NCBI GenBank assembly: GCA_000934665.2
Contig: JYFJ02000839.1
Coordinates: 1 to 64,000 of the forward strand
DNA length: 64,000 nt
From: Catajapyx aquilonaris
Taxonomy: Eukaryota
Reading direction: 5' to 3'
Below are positions 11,931 to 24,700 of this stretch, in pieces. How positions within the stretch are numbered: position 1 is the stretch's first letter; each line of letters starts with the position of its first letter. The notes under the pieces were generated by a model that worked only from the letters and a program-made list of their open reading frames with translations, did not search any database and was not told the DNA's origin. Made by a program: the position numbers and the translations under genes.

Positions 11931-12719
11931 CCCATTGAATTATTAAAACTGTTCAAAACCAAATCAAACTACCCTGACACCACCGAGGACAACACACCAC
12001 GTCGCCCCTTCTGTGTAGGAGATTCAAGTGGTGTCAAACTGCTTAACGATGAGATGCTTAAGATCCATTTGAAAGACATGGACTCTGACAGGTCTGAAGA
12101 CCGGGCTGAAATTGCTTACCAACAGTTTAAAGCCAACAGACTTGGTAATAAACAAGTTAATAGTGCCTCTCTTTTTTAATTTCATGACAAAACAATTCAT
12201 ATGTCATTAATCAGCAGTACAAAATATTTCCACAATTTATCACTAAAATCCCTTGGTGCAGGCAATCAACACATTATCTCATCTTACACACTTTTAGTAA
12301 AAATCAAGGCATTAAACACCACCAATGTATTTGGTAATGCAACTGGGGGAGAAAACGTAGCTTATAGTGTTTGTAATTTTGTAACATAACATTTTTGTAT
12401 GGCAACAGTTCCACACCAAATTAATATATTGCCCTTGCAATCCATTATTTTTAATCTCTCACCATTACACATGCTGCTGGTAAACTTAACTGAAACTTAA
12501 AGTGTGGGAGAGAGGCAATTGCAATAACTTGTACTATAAACAAACAACTCGAACAAAGGAACTGGCACGCAGCCTAAGACTAGCTGAAAACTCTTGTTAA
12601 ACCGTACTTACTATAAAATTATTATTCAGTCGCCACAAATCATGCATGATACTCACAGATATGCCCAGTTTGTGATATGTCTGTGCATGTATTTATAAAA
12701 ATATACTGGGTGGAGGGTA

Positions 12720-12764
12720 GGATGGATGATGGATGGATGGATGGATGGATGGATGGATGGATGG
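12720..12764. repeat. (GGAT)n microsatellite in the DAGLB 3' UTR
   Basis: Seen directly, ~25 bp past the stop codon. Confidence 0.9.
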
Positions 12765-12788
12765 CACTCGAGGGTTGTAAGGCCTGTA

Positions 12789-15700
12789 TCATGAGGTCAA
12801 AACTCCCCAAAAGCCTGCCTCATACTGATCGACCAATCTACGAAGGGTATTGATCACCGTGTCTGGAAGGTGGTCCACCACCATGCGAGGTGTTACTGTC
12901 AGTTCCCTGAAATCTTCTTGGTGTGCCCAGCGCACTTCATACTGAGGAGCTGACATGTCTGGCCTACAACAACAGAGAATCAAAAGATGGGTTTAGGCGC
13001 AGTGAAAGATAAGATGAAGCTTACCTGGATTCGAGGGGACTTCGCTCTACAATGTGCAGAATCCTTCCTGGAAGTCGTTTTGGAAAAGAGGCCAGTTTGC
13101 TGGAGGATGAGTGCTGCTTGTTTAATCGTCGGCCAACATCACTCAGAGACTCCTGTTTTTGGGGTATCAGGCATTAACCTGGATCAAGGGTGTTTGAGGG
13201 AGCAGCACTTACGTAAGTATGAGGCAGTGGGGAAGCAGGGGAGCTCAATAGAGGCAAATTTTGGTTAGGGGTTGACACTTGGCTGCTGGTGCTATCAAAG
13301 TTGGCCAGCATGGCTGATGAGGCCCCAAAAAGACAGCTCCAGCAACCACGAGCAATGATTCGGTACTGAAATGAAATACAAAATATTAGGCCATGGTTTC
13401 AAACTCTTTTGTTAGGGCCGGTTGCACCGGCGCGGGAGTTTTCCCGGGCCGGTAAGTGACAGAAAACGCCCCGGTAAGTGCAAAAGTGTTGCGCCACCTC
13501 CCGCTTTCTCTTCCCACTCGCTTTATCCAGCGGGTAACTTTACCCCACCTCTGGAGGCCGGGAAAGACACTTCCCCAGCCGGTAAGATTGCTGGGAGCTA
13601 GCCCACAGTGATCTGTATTAGGGAAAAACATGGACAAATATCATTTTTGGGGATTTTCGAAGTCGCTGAGTCCGAATCTGATGCCAAAAGTAATAAATTC
13701 TACATATTTAAATATAGCGGATCCAAAGGGACAGCGATTTTCATCAAATTTATATGTGAAAACAAGTTCGCGGAGGTGTTGGGAGTTGCTCAGTACAAAT
13801 TTGATAGCCCTATACAAATGTAAATCAAAATGGCGAATGCAATATGGCGCAAAGTTCAAATAACGTAGTCTGATTTAAGCCTACTATAATTTTTTAAAAA
13901 TATTGGCCCCTGTGTTTGACTCAAAATAACTCCCAGGAAAATGGTCCAAAAAATAACGCTATACAGCATTAGAAAGCTTCTTTAAATCGACATAACATAT
14001 ATGCGAATTGTTTACCTATCTTCATTGTGTAATTTTTTATCGCAAGAAGAACACGGAATGGTGTCGTTCTTTGAGTAGTTGCCGACATTACACCGCAAAA
14101 TGATTTTTTATGACACTTCTCGGGGGCCAAAAAATTCTCCGCGTGAACCCTGGATAGCGCAAATCTTGGTCTATCTACTGATATATTTGAAACTTAGAAA
14201 TCGCCATTTGTGTAATCATAATTAAGTTAATTGCACACCTCAGTTTTCTCGGCCGTTTCTCATCCGAATTACTTCGCACATGTATCGACGGCAAGCCAGA
14301 AATGTGTGTGATAAAATTACACCGTGCTCTATTACTAAATTTTTTAAACGTATTTAAAAGTTTCGCCGTCTATTCCCGCCAGAAAGCAGGCCAGGTACTT
14401 GTCTATCCTGTAATGCCCCTTGGGTCATATCTGGCACACCATTTAGGGCAATTTGGCACTTACAGGAAATATAAAAATGGCAAAAATTGCAAAAATTGCA
14501 CTAAGGTGTGTGCCAAATATGACCCAGTGGGCATTACAGGGTTAAAACTTACTGAAATAATACTTGTAAAAATGTTAGTGTAATACAGCACGGTGTAATT
14601 TTATCATGCACATTTCTGGCTTGCCGTCAATACATTCGCGAAGTAATTCGGATGAAAACCGGTCAAGATAACTGAGGTGTGCAATTAACTTAATTATGAT
14701 TACACAAATGGCGATTTACCGTTCTCGAGATAAGGCCTAATACTGTATATTCAGCCGAATCTCTAGCTACTATCTCTACCTATCTATCTCTCTTCTACCT
14801 ATTTCTATTTCATCTATCTCTGTTCTATCTCTATATTCTGTATCAGAACGTATGCCTGTCCCCTCCCATTTCCCGCGTAAACATCAGCATACCCTGTATA
14901 CCCTATCCGGTATCACTGATGCTCCCTTTTTTATTTTTAAACAATTGAGTCAAAGTCGATAATTGGCCACTAGTTGGTTGCATATGTTTTGACAACAATG
15001 AATACCACCTCTAAAGCAACTCATCAGATCACCATGGGCAGCGTCATGTTGAGCCTACGTCACTTTTATGATGCGATCAACTCCTGGCCAATCCAGGGCC
15101 TCGTCTCTTGTGCTGGTAGGCTCCCTGCACTTCCCCCCAGGTTCCTCCTTACCCGCCCACTTATTTTCCGACTACTTGGCGCGGTGCAACGTTCGGTCAC
15201 TTCCCTACTCCCCCTCCGGCAAACCAGTTCCCTTTCCCTGGCTCTTTCCCCAGTGCCGGTGCAACTGGCCCTTAGTCCAACATAAAAGTTTTTGAGCCCT
15301 ATTTTTCAGGTTTAAAACTTTTCACATATGCAACATGGACACACGCAGGCTGTACATGCACAATTTTTTTAGCAGTAGGAAGCATATGTACAATCTCGTT
15401 CATAAAGAATGGTACGACTCTATGGACGAAATGTTTGTCCTGATTATCCAGCATTATTCCCAGCCTATTTTGACGAAACGCTATGGACAACCCTTTCTGG
15501 ACCTCTGGTGACTCGGATGACCCATCCCGATTTTTAAATAAAATTTTCAATAACCAAAATGTTCAACCAGGTGCAATGCTTATGTAGATTTGATGTGAAT
15601 TTCCCCCCTAAAATTTTCCTACATTGCTTTGTTTTTTTTCTTCTCTTTTTTATTTTATTTTGATTCCCTTTTCCCAGACTTCCTCATGACATGTAAAAAC

Positions 15701-18700
15701 ATGCTGGCGACCGAGGGGTTGAGAACAGGATAAACATTTCTTCCATATAGAGTGTCACACCATTCTTTATGAACGGTACTGTATACTAGAAGCATAATTT
15801 ATACTTCTCCATACATTTCACCATCTTTGTGGCTACCCTGCTCAACTAATTCATAACATTATTATTGTAAGTGAAATAGACTAATAATTAAAATGATAAT
15901 GCAAATCTTTCAACTTAACTCAATGCCAAGAGCCAACATCATTAACATGTGTTTTTAACCTTGCTATCGCTTGCTATGATGGCATGGAAAATGTTCGGCC
16001 TAAAGTGATGTGGGCACTGTTTGTGACCAAGCCACAAAACCTGCTTCGGTGCACTGACATGACTGTGCAAAAGTGGTAAAGAAATCTCAAATGGATTTCT
16101 GATCCAATTGATTGACATGTCCATCTCGGGAAAATTATATCTAAACTGTTGTGCCAATTGATTGATGTGCTCCAATACATTGAACACTCCACCACTGGCC
16201 CATCTGCAGTTGCTTCAAAATTTGAAATTTTTGAGTTAACATTGTCATGTTGCTTCTTAATTTTCAACGAGCATGCTGAATGAAAACAGCATCAGTCAAA
16301 TTCCTGTGCTGTGTATGATAAATCTTCACTAAAACAATAATTACTAACAGGAAAAAAAGAATAGGAATGAGTAGGACAATTTTTTGTGCTTTTCTCAGAA
16401 ATGGGTCGAAATTGGTTCAGGCCCTTTTCGTAACAACCGATTCAATTACTTTCCTAGCACCCACATAAGCCACATAGCCCATGAATCGAGAAACTTCCAC
16501 CACTACTATACTGCGAACAACATTCAAGCCACAACTGAACAAGGTTCTATACACTGATGACTGATACACTAGAATGGGAATAAGTTGTTCAGCACCTGCT
16601 GAGAGACGTATCTACTTTGAAGTTCCATGGTGCAGTCTGCTTATTGACCCTACATGGAATTTGAATTTCTAGTCAGACTGCCGATACTTCCACTTGATTA
16701 TGTGCCATTAATCCTTATCATCCCGGTCCCAAGTACTCTATCGCGAATCAGGATAACGGTTTTCAGAAAATGTAGAAAGCGGACGCCATTGCCCAAAACC
16801 TTTCGGTACCCCCAAAATTGTGTTCGTGTACCCCAGTTTGAAAACCACTGCCCTAGTACATGCTAATGGTTACTCTGTCCGTCACATGTGTCAAACAGTA
16901 GCATTGCGAAACTTATTTTCCGACAGGCCCCTGTACAATGGTAAACTTAAGCTTAAAAACACATTAATTTTTGTACACAAGCTGTGACTTATAATTGGGT
17001 CTCATTTATCAGTGCTGCAAATATAAAAGTAAAAATTCGTTCCCTTTCCAAGGTTTTTCTGTGGCAGTTCGATATTCATAAAACTTGCAAATTCACAATG
17101 TCAACCTCTCCATCTCAGGGTTGATTGTCACTCTTTTGCAATTCTAGCTTTTACTTCTATAATTCACATAGTTATGCCCCTTCTGGACTAAAAATCTAAT
17201 GCTCAGAGAGAGAGAAAAAAAACGCATCTTACTGATTCTTCACTGCACTTGTGAGATATAACAGCATAACTAAAGCAAAGAACTGTTCAATTTCATGCTC
17301 CCTTCAGGTATGCTCCACCTTGGGAGTGCCCTTCCCTTTTGCTTCAACACTTCTTGGGTTCTGCATCTGCCACAGACCAATACTACATGGTAGAATTTCA
17401 CAGCTACAAACCCCACAAGCATTTTTGATACCTGCACACATTTTCTTATTACGCTAATAAAGCAGTCATGATTTCTATCATACATACTACACTAGCAATA
17501 CATATCCACACCTTAGGCAAGGTGGCTTCAGAAAGCTCTGTGATTATCTTCTGCTTCAAAGCGTCCACACCCTCCACCGAGAGCCTTGCCACCAGATCAT
17601 CACCAATCACCACAGACAGGACAAAACTTTCCGTAAATTGAGCAGCAACAGGGTTGAGCAGACCACATGGTGGTGAGAAAGCAAAGCACTTGATGCTGGG
17701 ATAATTTGGCTGGAGAATCATGGCTAATACTGCAGCAGTTCCAGCACCCAAGCTATGACCTGCAATGAACCATGTATAATACCTGTCTTAAACGAAAATT
17801 TGAGAACACACCTGTAAGAACCAGGTTGTAGTTCTGGTACATGCTGAATGCCTTATTCAGAGCGCCTGTCTCCTCCAGCTTGTTTTTCACAAATAGAGCA
17901 GTCTCATATATCCCTTTATGTACCTGAAAATCACGTCATGATTAAGGTAGTGTCTGACCATAAAGGACATGGGGCAAATCTTATGGAAAAAGTTGTGCTG
18001 GTTGCATTAGGCTGAAACTTGGTCAGTTGATTGACCTTGATCTAAGGGTCCATTGTTCTGAAGGCCAAAGAAAATCTACCGTGTCGTTTGGTCACTAGAG
18101 GCGCTCAAAGTCTGACTTTCAGGTGGCTCCTATCGGGCTCACTTTCACATGTTATCGAGTCGAATGAGCCATATGGCAATTTTCTATGACAAACCATTTG
18201 GCCGCTAGATACACAATCGAGTTCAACATCGGACCTTGTAGTGGGATTTTAAGTGTGACATAACAATAACTGCCACATGGTTTATCACTGAAAATTGCCA
18301 CATGATTCATTTGACTCAGCTCGTGAAACTCGACAACAGATTGTGAAAATGAGCCCAAGAGGAGCCACCTGAAAGTCCGTGAAAGTCTGACTTTGAGCAC
18401 CTCTAGTGGCCAAACGGCACAGTAGATTTTCTTCGCCCTTCAAAACAACTGACCCTAAGGACAATCAACTGACCAGGTTTCAGCTTAATCCAACTGGCGC
18501 AACTTTTCCCATAAGATTTGCCCCATGTCCTTAGTTATATACTTACCATACATCCAGGAGGCAATCCTGCCACCTCAAGAGTGTGTGATATTACTATCAA
18601 GTCTGTAATAGCATCTCGAAAGGAGAGGCTTCCCCTAACTGACACGATTATGCTTGATGTTTGATGATCCACTGACACGTAGAAAGGGACCTGGAACATG

Positions 18701-21700
18701 CCTGGATTACTGCTATCTGTAAATTACATCTTGGGAGAACCTGGCCAGTGTATAGTGGTGTAATTTTCATGATTTCCTCCTTTCCTTGAAAATGATTGGA
18801 CATTTCAATGTTCACTTCTATTGAATGCCTACAAATGCCTTGTGTGGAGGAGCAAAATGAAATGCAGGTTAGAGTAAACAACACCTGTGAATTATAATAA
18901 TACTGACAACACAAGCCCTTAATTGTCAGTCACACTCCAACATTTTTTGTAGTCGTCGTAGCAAATTGTGACATCTGTGCTCCGATTTAATACCCATAGC
19001 AGTCTGAGAAGTGCCTTAACCCTGGAATGCCTATTGGGGTAATGAATCACCCCACTTGATTCTGACTCGAGTAGGCTCAACCTCTCCTAGTCATGAACAA
19101 TCCTTATGAAACATCTAATTTTTATAATATGTACCGTATTACCTCTCATATTGCGGCACGCCGGTATAAAACAAGGTCGACCAGCATGCCGGTATAACCC
19201 GGGGGTGGGCGGCATGCCCCATGCGGCAATAACCGAGGTAGATTTCCATAATTTTGATCCTTGCCAAATATTTTGGAATGCTTCTGGTACCATACTAAAA
19301 TAATGTTACAATGAAAATGGGCAAGTGTACAGGCTGTGAGAATATGTCAGTTCTGTTGCACAGTGCATTTTAAAACTGTAGCGTGTATGACCAATCCCAT
19401 CGTCAGCCTGCTTTGACAGGGGAACCCCCTGCTCTAACATACTGTTTACATAGAGATTATTGCCAAACACTGCGATTGAAAACAATATATGGTATGGGTA
19501 CCCTATTTGAAAAATGTGCCTTTCGAATAGTCTTTACGTGAATTTCGATTTTCAGGCAAATGTCAAGTTCATAAAGGATAATGTAAATTCTTAAATGTGA
19601 AAACCTCGCCTTATACCGGCATACCTCGCCTTATACCGAGCCACCAGATCAAGCATTTAAAAAAACTGGTCGACCTCGCCTACACCAGCATGCTGCAATA
19701 TGAGAGGTAATACGGTACAATTAATAATTAATTGTATAATTATAATTATTATAAAGAAAATAATTTTAAAAATAATGGGGCCACATATCACACCACCACA
19801 TAAGAAAAAGGGCATGCATTAGAGCAGTGATTCCCAATTTTTTTTTTGTTGGCGACCCCAAAAGATAGTCTCGTAAAATTTGTGACCCCCATATGTACAC
19901 ATTTTGATCCTCCAACATGAAAAGACAGGTAAACAGGCAATGAAAATGATTGGTAACTATTGTCGAGTATCTGAATTGTTAGCTGTAACTTACCTTTTAG
20001 GCATAATTTTCAAGAGAGATAAAATCATTTCCTGAAAATAATTTGTTACTCTTCCTTGCGACCCCAAATATTAAATTCGCGACCCCAAAGTTTGGGAAGG
20101 ACGGCATTAGAGGGTTAAATGACATGGTATTGTTAGCAGCAGCAGCTAAAGGTGTGGGACATTATGTTGCAATTTAATTTTAGGAAGAGAATTCTTGAAA
20201 TAAGGGTGATCCATTTGGGTAGAGATAATTTTAAAATGCTGTGGTATGTGTTGTAACAGACAGAATTGATCCAAATTAGGCAGAGGTTACCTTTATGAGT
20301 GTGAGTTTGTCTAGGTCTCCACATAACCTCCATTGCATACTCGGTAGAGTTGATACCGGGTGCACAATTCCTGCTACGTGTTTTGTAACATTTCCGGAGT
20401 GATTTGTGCGAACGTTGCAGATACGTTCCTTTTCAGGTCATCCAGGCTTTGAGGTCGTTTTCCGTAGATGATATTCTTCACACACTCCACATGAATAAAT
20501 CGTGGGAGTGAGATCCGGGGAGTTCACAGGCCAAGGAATAGGGCCATTATGGTCACACCAATTGTTATTGAAAGTGTTATTGAACTTCCTGACTTCCAGT
20601 GACCAATGGAGTGGGGCTCTGTCTTGTTGGAAAATGACATTGTTGTCCACTTATGGTACCAAGATCTTAGCATGTCAAGTATGGTCCTGCTCGTATGGTG
20701 TCCTCAGAGAAGAAAAAAGGTCCATACAGCTGGTTTCGCCACATCATCCTCTTTGGTCCCGATGCAGGGCAATGCAGGTGCACTGAGTACAGTGCATGAA
20801 TCTCCCATCTTCCCTCGCCAAACTCGCAGAATTTTAACTTGGTACGGCTTATGTATTGATTATGTGATACATATTTTAAATTACGCCTACCCAAACGGAT
20901 CACCCTGTACTTTTCACACAAAATTGGTCTCCACCCTCTGGATGTATTGACAATTAAAGAAATCTATGGCAAGTGTTGAAAATACAGTAATACAATATAT
21001 TTTAGTCACACTTGGAACCATAGTGATTGTTTTATGAAGGCCCTCTAAAGGTGCGTTCACATATACGCGAGTAAACACTTGCGAGCGAATTTTCTGTTTC
21101 GCTTTTTCGCGTCTTTACGTCACGAAGAGTGCGAATTTTTGTACAAATTTTAGAGCATTCACGTATCCGCGATTTTACGACGCAAATTTCAGCCCTACCT
21201 CAAGGCCCGATGGGAGAACAAGAGACGGTCGGAATGCGCGGGTTTCACCCGGCGGAGGGGAGTGGCTGAGAAAGATGACGCAGCCCTGTACAGCGGAGGC
21301 AGCCAGTATGGCAGTGAAAATGCTGATGAGCCGACCTCGGAAGGGCGTCCAGGTCACAGTGCACCAAGTGAGGAAAAAGCTGGACGTGGTGCGGAGGCTG
21401 GTCAGGTCGGGAGTTTGCGACAAAAAAATAGGTAACTTCCGAGCTCGGGCATCCGCATTCCCACCATGGCCGAGGAAGGCTGACAAGTCCCAGCCCCCCA
21501 TTGGCCGCACACGGTCACGTGGTCTCCAAGCAGTTATTCGCTTCGTAAAATTCGCGCCCAAAATTCGCTTCTATCTGGCTCTGGCAGACGAGCGCGATTT
21601 GGTGTTTAGACGCGCGAGTAACCAAAATTCGCTCGCGTCTTGCGGGGATTCGCCGATACGTGAATGCCTTTTGTTGACGCAAATTCGCTGAAGGCTGAAA

Positions 21701-24700
21701 TTCGCTCGCTTTTGACGCTTTTTCGCGTGTATGTGAACGCCCCTTAAGTCTAACATCACGAGTCATATCTTCATCAGGCAGAAAATTTTTGCACTCATTG
21801 ACTCATTCCACTGCTTGCCTATTTTTGGCAGTTTCTTTACCAATAACAGGTACAACAATTGAATTATTAATAAAACAGATGTTACCTGACATATTCGGTT
21901 CCGGAACGACACATGAATTAAATCGTCGTCGGTCAGCCCAGTCAGGTTCTTTAAAGCAGCACTGTGGCATAAGCAGCAGTTATCATCATTGATGAACGAT
22001 GGCTTTGGCCTGTGTAAATAAGGTATGGTTTGTGTCAACAGAAATCGAAAAATATATATTTAGCTTTCTTGTGAATTAGAAAGCAATGCACATGATACAA
22101 TATACAGTACATGGTAAGATATTCATATGTCAAAAATAAGATGCAAATAAATGAGAATCTTGCTATAATGAAGTTCACATGACTCAAATTTTCCACTGTC
22201 ATAAAAAACATTTATTACATAAAACAATATGATTGTGTGTGTACACATGCTGAACAGTTACTCATTGGTTTTTAGTTTTTTCGCAGTCTATCATGTAATC
22301 CATTGATAAAGAACTTTGTTCCAAGTTAGAAATGGCTGTCATATTTTGAGGTGGTGAATCCAGGTAAATCATGGGCTGCCTTGCCATAAATGTTGGATTA
22401 ATCATGGAGACTCTGTCACACTTTTGTCAGCATGTCTCACCCCTCAATGATTGGAGGAACATTTTATATCCAAATGCAATCGCTTTTTTTGTTCTTTCGT
22501 AACCATATCCTTCAAAATTCAACAAAGTTCTGATCCACAGTATTTCGCTTCCTCAGAGGTAACATGCAGCAAGGATTCCTGCCAGGAATAATTTTCCTTT
22601 GCACCTCAATAATTTTTAGTGTAACTTATCCTATTATTATTAGATGGAAAAGTGAAACAAAGTTTTTAAATATCTCTTTTCTAAATTATGGAAAATTAAG
22701 CTTTAAACTTGTGCTTATGCTATTTTTTCACGCTTTAAAGGGATGCAGCAAGTGCTAGGAACCTGACAATATTTTTATTTTACTCGCCCAACACCAATGG
22801 AGTTCGCCTAGCACGAAAATCACATGCATGTCGACATTTCAAATACGAATTACTTGAGAATGAATCATGTTTTAATCGCACAACTTATATGCTAATGAGC
22901 CACATGGAAGAACAATGTTGGGGCCAGATATCAATGCATTTGTCAGTGAAACAAAAATAATAGGACAGTATTTATTTAGCGAGCTGGGGGCAATGGAGTT
23001 CACCCAGAGTGCTGAACACGCCACAAAGTTCGCCTAGAAGCAGGTGGCATCGCTATGGGCAGGAATTAAGGCCTCCCCACAACATGACATTGTGTTGAAT
23101 GAGCTATGGCATTTGGCTGGAATGATATTGTCTCAAACCTCCCATAGTTTGGTCCTCAGGGATGACTTGGTGCAAGGGCGTTTCCTCTGAAGTACCTTCT
23201 TCATGAGTTTCCAGTCTCTCACGATCGGATTGAGGTCCAGCTGCTAGATGGCCACATAGATTGTCAATCCCTTTGTCTGCCAGCCACTTGCTTCCGCAGT
23301 TTTGGCATGGTGCCAAGTCCTGTTGAAATATTACGTTGACATCCAGGTGTAAGGTTGCTATTGAGGGCACACACAGCGGATGGTCTCTCAAAATCTCTTG
23401 AAACATGGCTGTATCGATGGTGCCATTGAATCTGTGAAAGTTGCCAAGGCAGACACTACCCATGCATCCACACAATGCTGTGTGCATGTTTGACGGTTCT
23501 GGTGAGATATTGGGATGGTATGCCTCCACCTTTGTTTGCAGTATTCGATTATGGATGTCCCTGTACTGACTAATTCGTCGCGAAACATTACTAATTCCAC
23601 ATCTGATGTGCACAATGGTTCCATTCCTTCTCCCAAGTAAGTCCTTTTATTGTTGCAGTGCCATCAAGAGTGGTTTCTTCTTGGCCTATTGTCAAGAGGG
23701 CAGTCCTGATTTCATGAATTTCCCATTAGTCTTTGAGAAGTTACGCATCAAAGTTCATCTTCATGTCATGGATGCAGAGTCGACAGGTTGTTGTGTGGAC
23801 CATCGTTTGCATCACCTCTGACCATTTTTAAATTGATGGTCGCTGCTCCTTTTGTCGATTTTGGGACACATATTTTTCTCATCTCTCGGTTTTTCCTTGC
23901 TGCTGTTGCCTGGTGACTTCCATAATAAGGTTTTTCTGGATGGTTCTTGTAGTTTTGTTACTTCATGTGATGCCCCTTACAATGGAGCATGGCACATGTC
24001 CTTCTTCTGCAACCACATACACAGACTTTCCTTATTCTTCAGAGCTCTTCCGTATCACCTTGCGTACCTCTGGAGGAATGGGCTTACCACCTCCCGTGAT
24101 TGTTATTTTCAGACACAGAGTGCAATGAGTAATGGCATTGTGGTGCAGGGCAAGAGACCTGCACTTTTTTTTTCATCTGACACAACCACATCAGTCTGTA
24201 TTTAACAGTGGGCAAACTTCGTGGCCAGTTTAGCGCTCTGGGCGAACTCCATTGCCCCTTGCGTGCTACATAAATACGGGCCTATTCTTCTGGTTCCACT
24301 GACAAATGCATTGATATCTCGCCCCAACATAGCTCTTCCATGTGGCTGGGTTCAACTTTGACACAATGTCAACCTGGGGTTACTCAACCCTAAGATTTGA
24401 GCAGTCATTATGTACACAGGCCTAAACATTGAGAAACCAAAATTGGCAGTGATTCACGTAATAGAAGTTCACTTAATGCAACAAAATTACTCTTCTAGTC
24501 GCTTTCCTTTAACTACCTCATATCTTTGTATTTACCTCCCAGAATTCAGGAGGTGTTGTCATAGTTAATAACTAGCAATCAACTTACCTAAAGCATGCGC
24601 AACAGGCCAGTTCACTGCTAAGCCTACACAAGCCTGTGCACAGATGGGTGGCCATATACCAAGGCCAACTGTAGCAGCCCATTGCAAACTTGCAAAAGTG

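Larger units (their letters stand above)
19020..20114. mobile_element. piggyBac-like MITE with two nested MITEs
   Basis: TTAA|CCCT..AATGC...GCATTAGAGGG|TTAA. Confidence 0.65.

Noticed and set aside
13207..13218. Palindrome ACTTACGTAAGT giving a donor on both strands
   Set aside because: Explained by Thr-Tyr codons next to a consensus donor; no plus-strand exon partner.
17270..17431. DAGLB exon after the PK donor
   Set aside because: The peptide is unlike DAGL; the homologous continuation YRIIARGCW is at 13213-13365.
21175..21766. Overlapping 128-138 aa ORFs
   Set aside because: GC-rich MITE interior with no recognisable domain.
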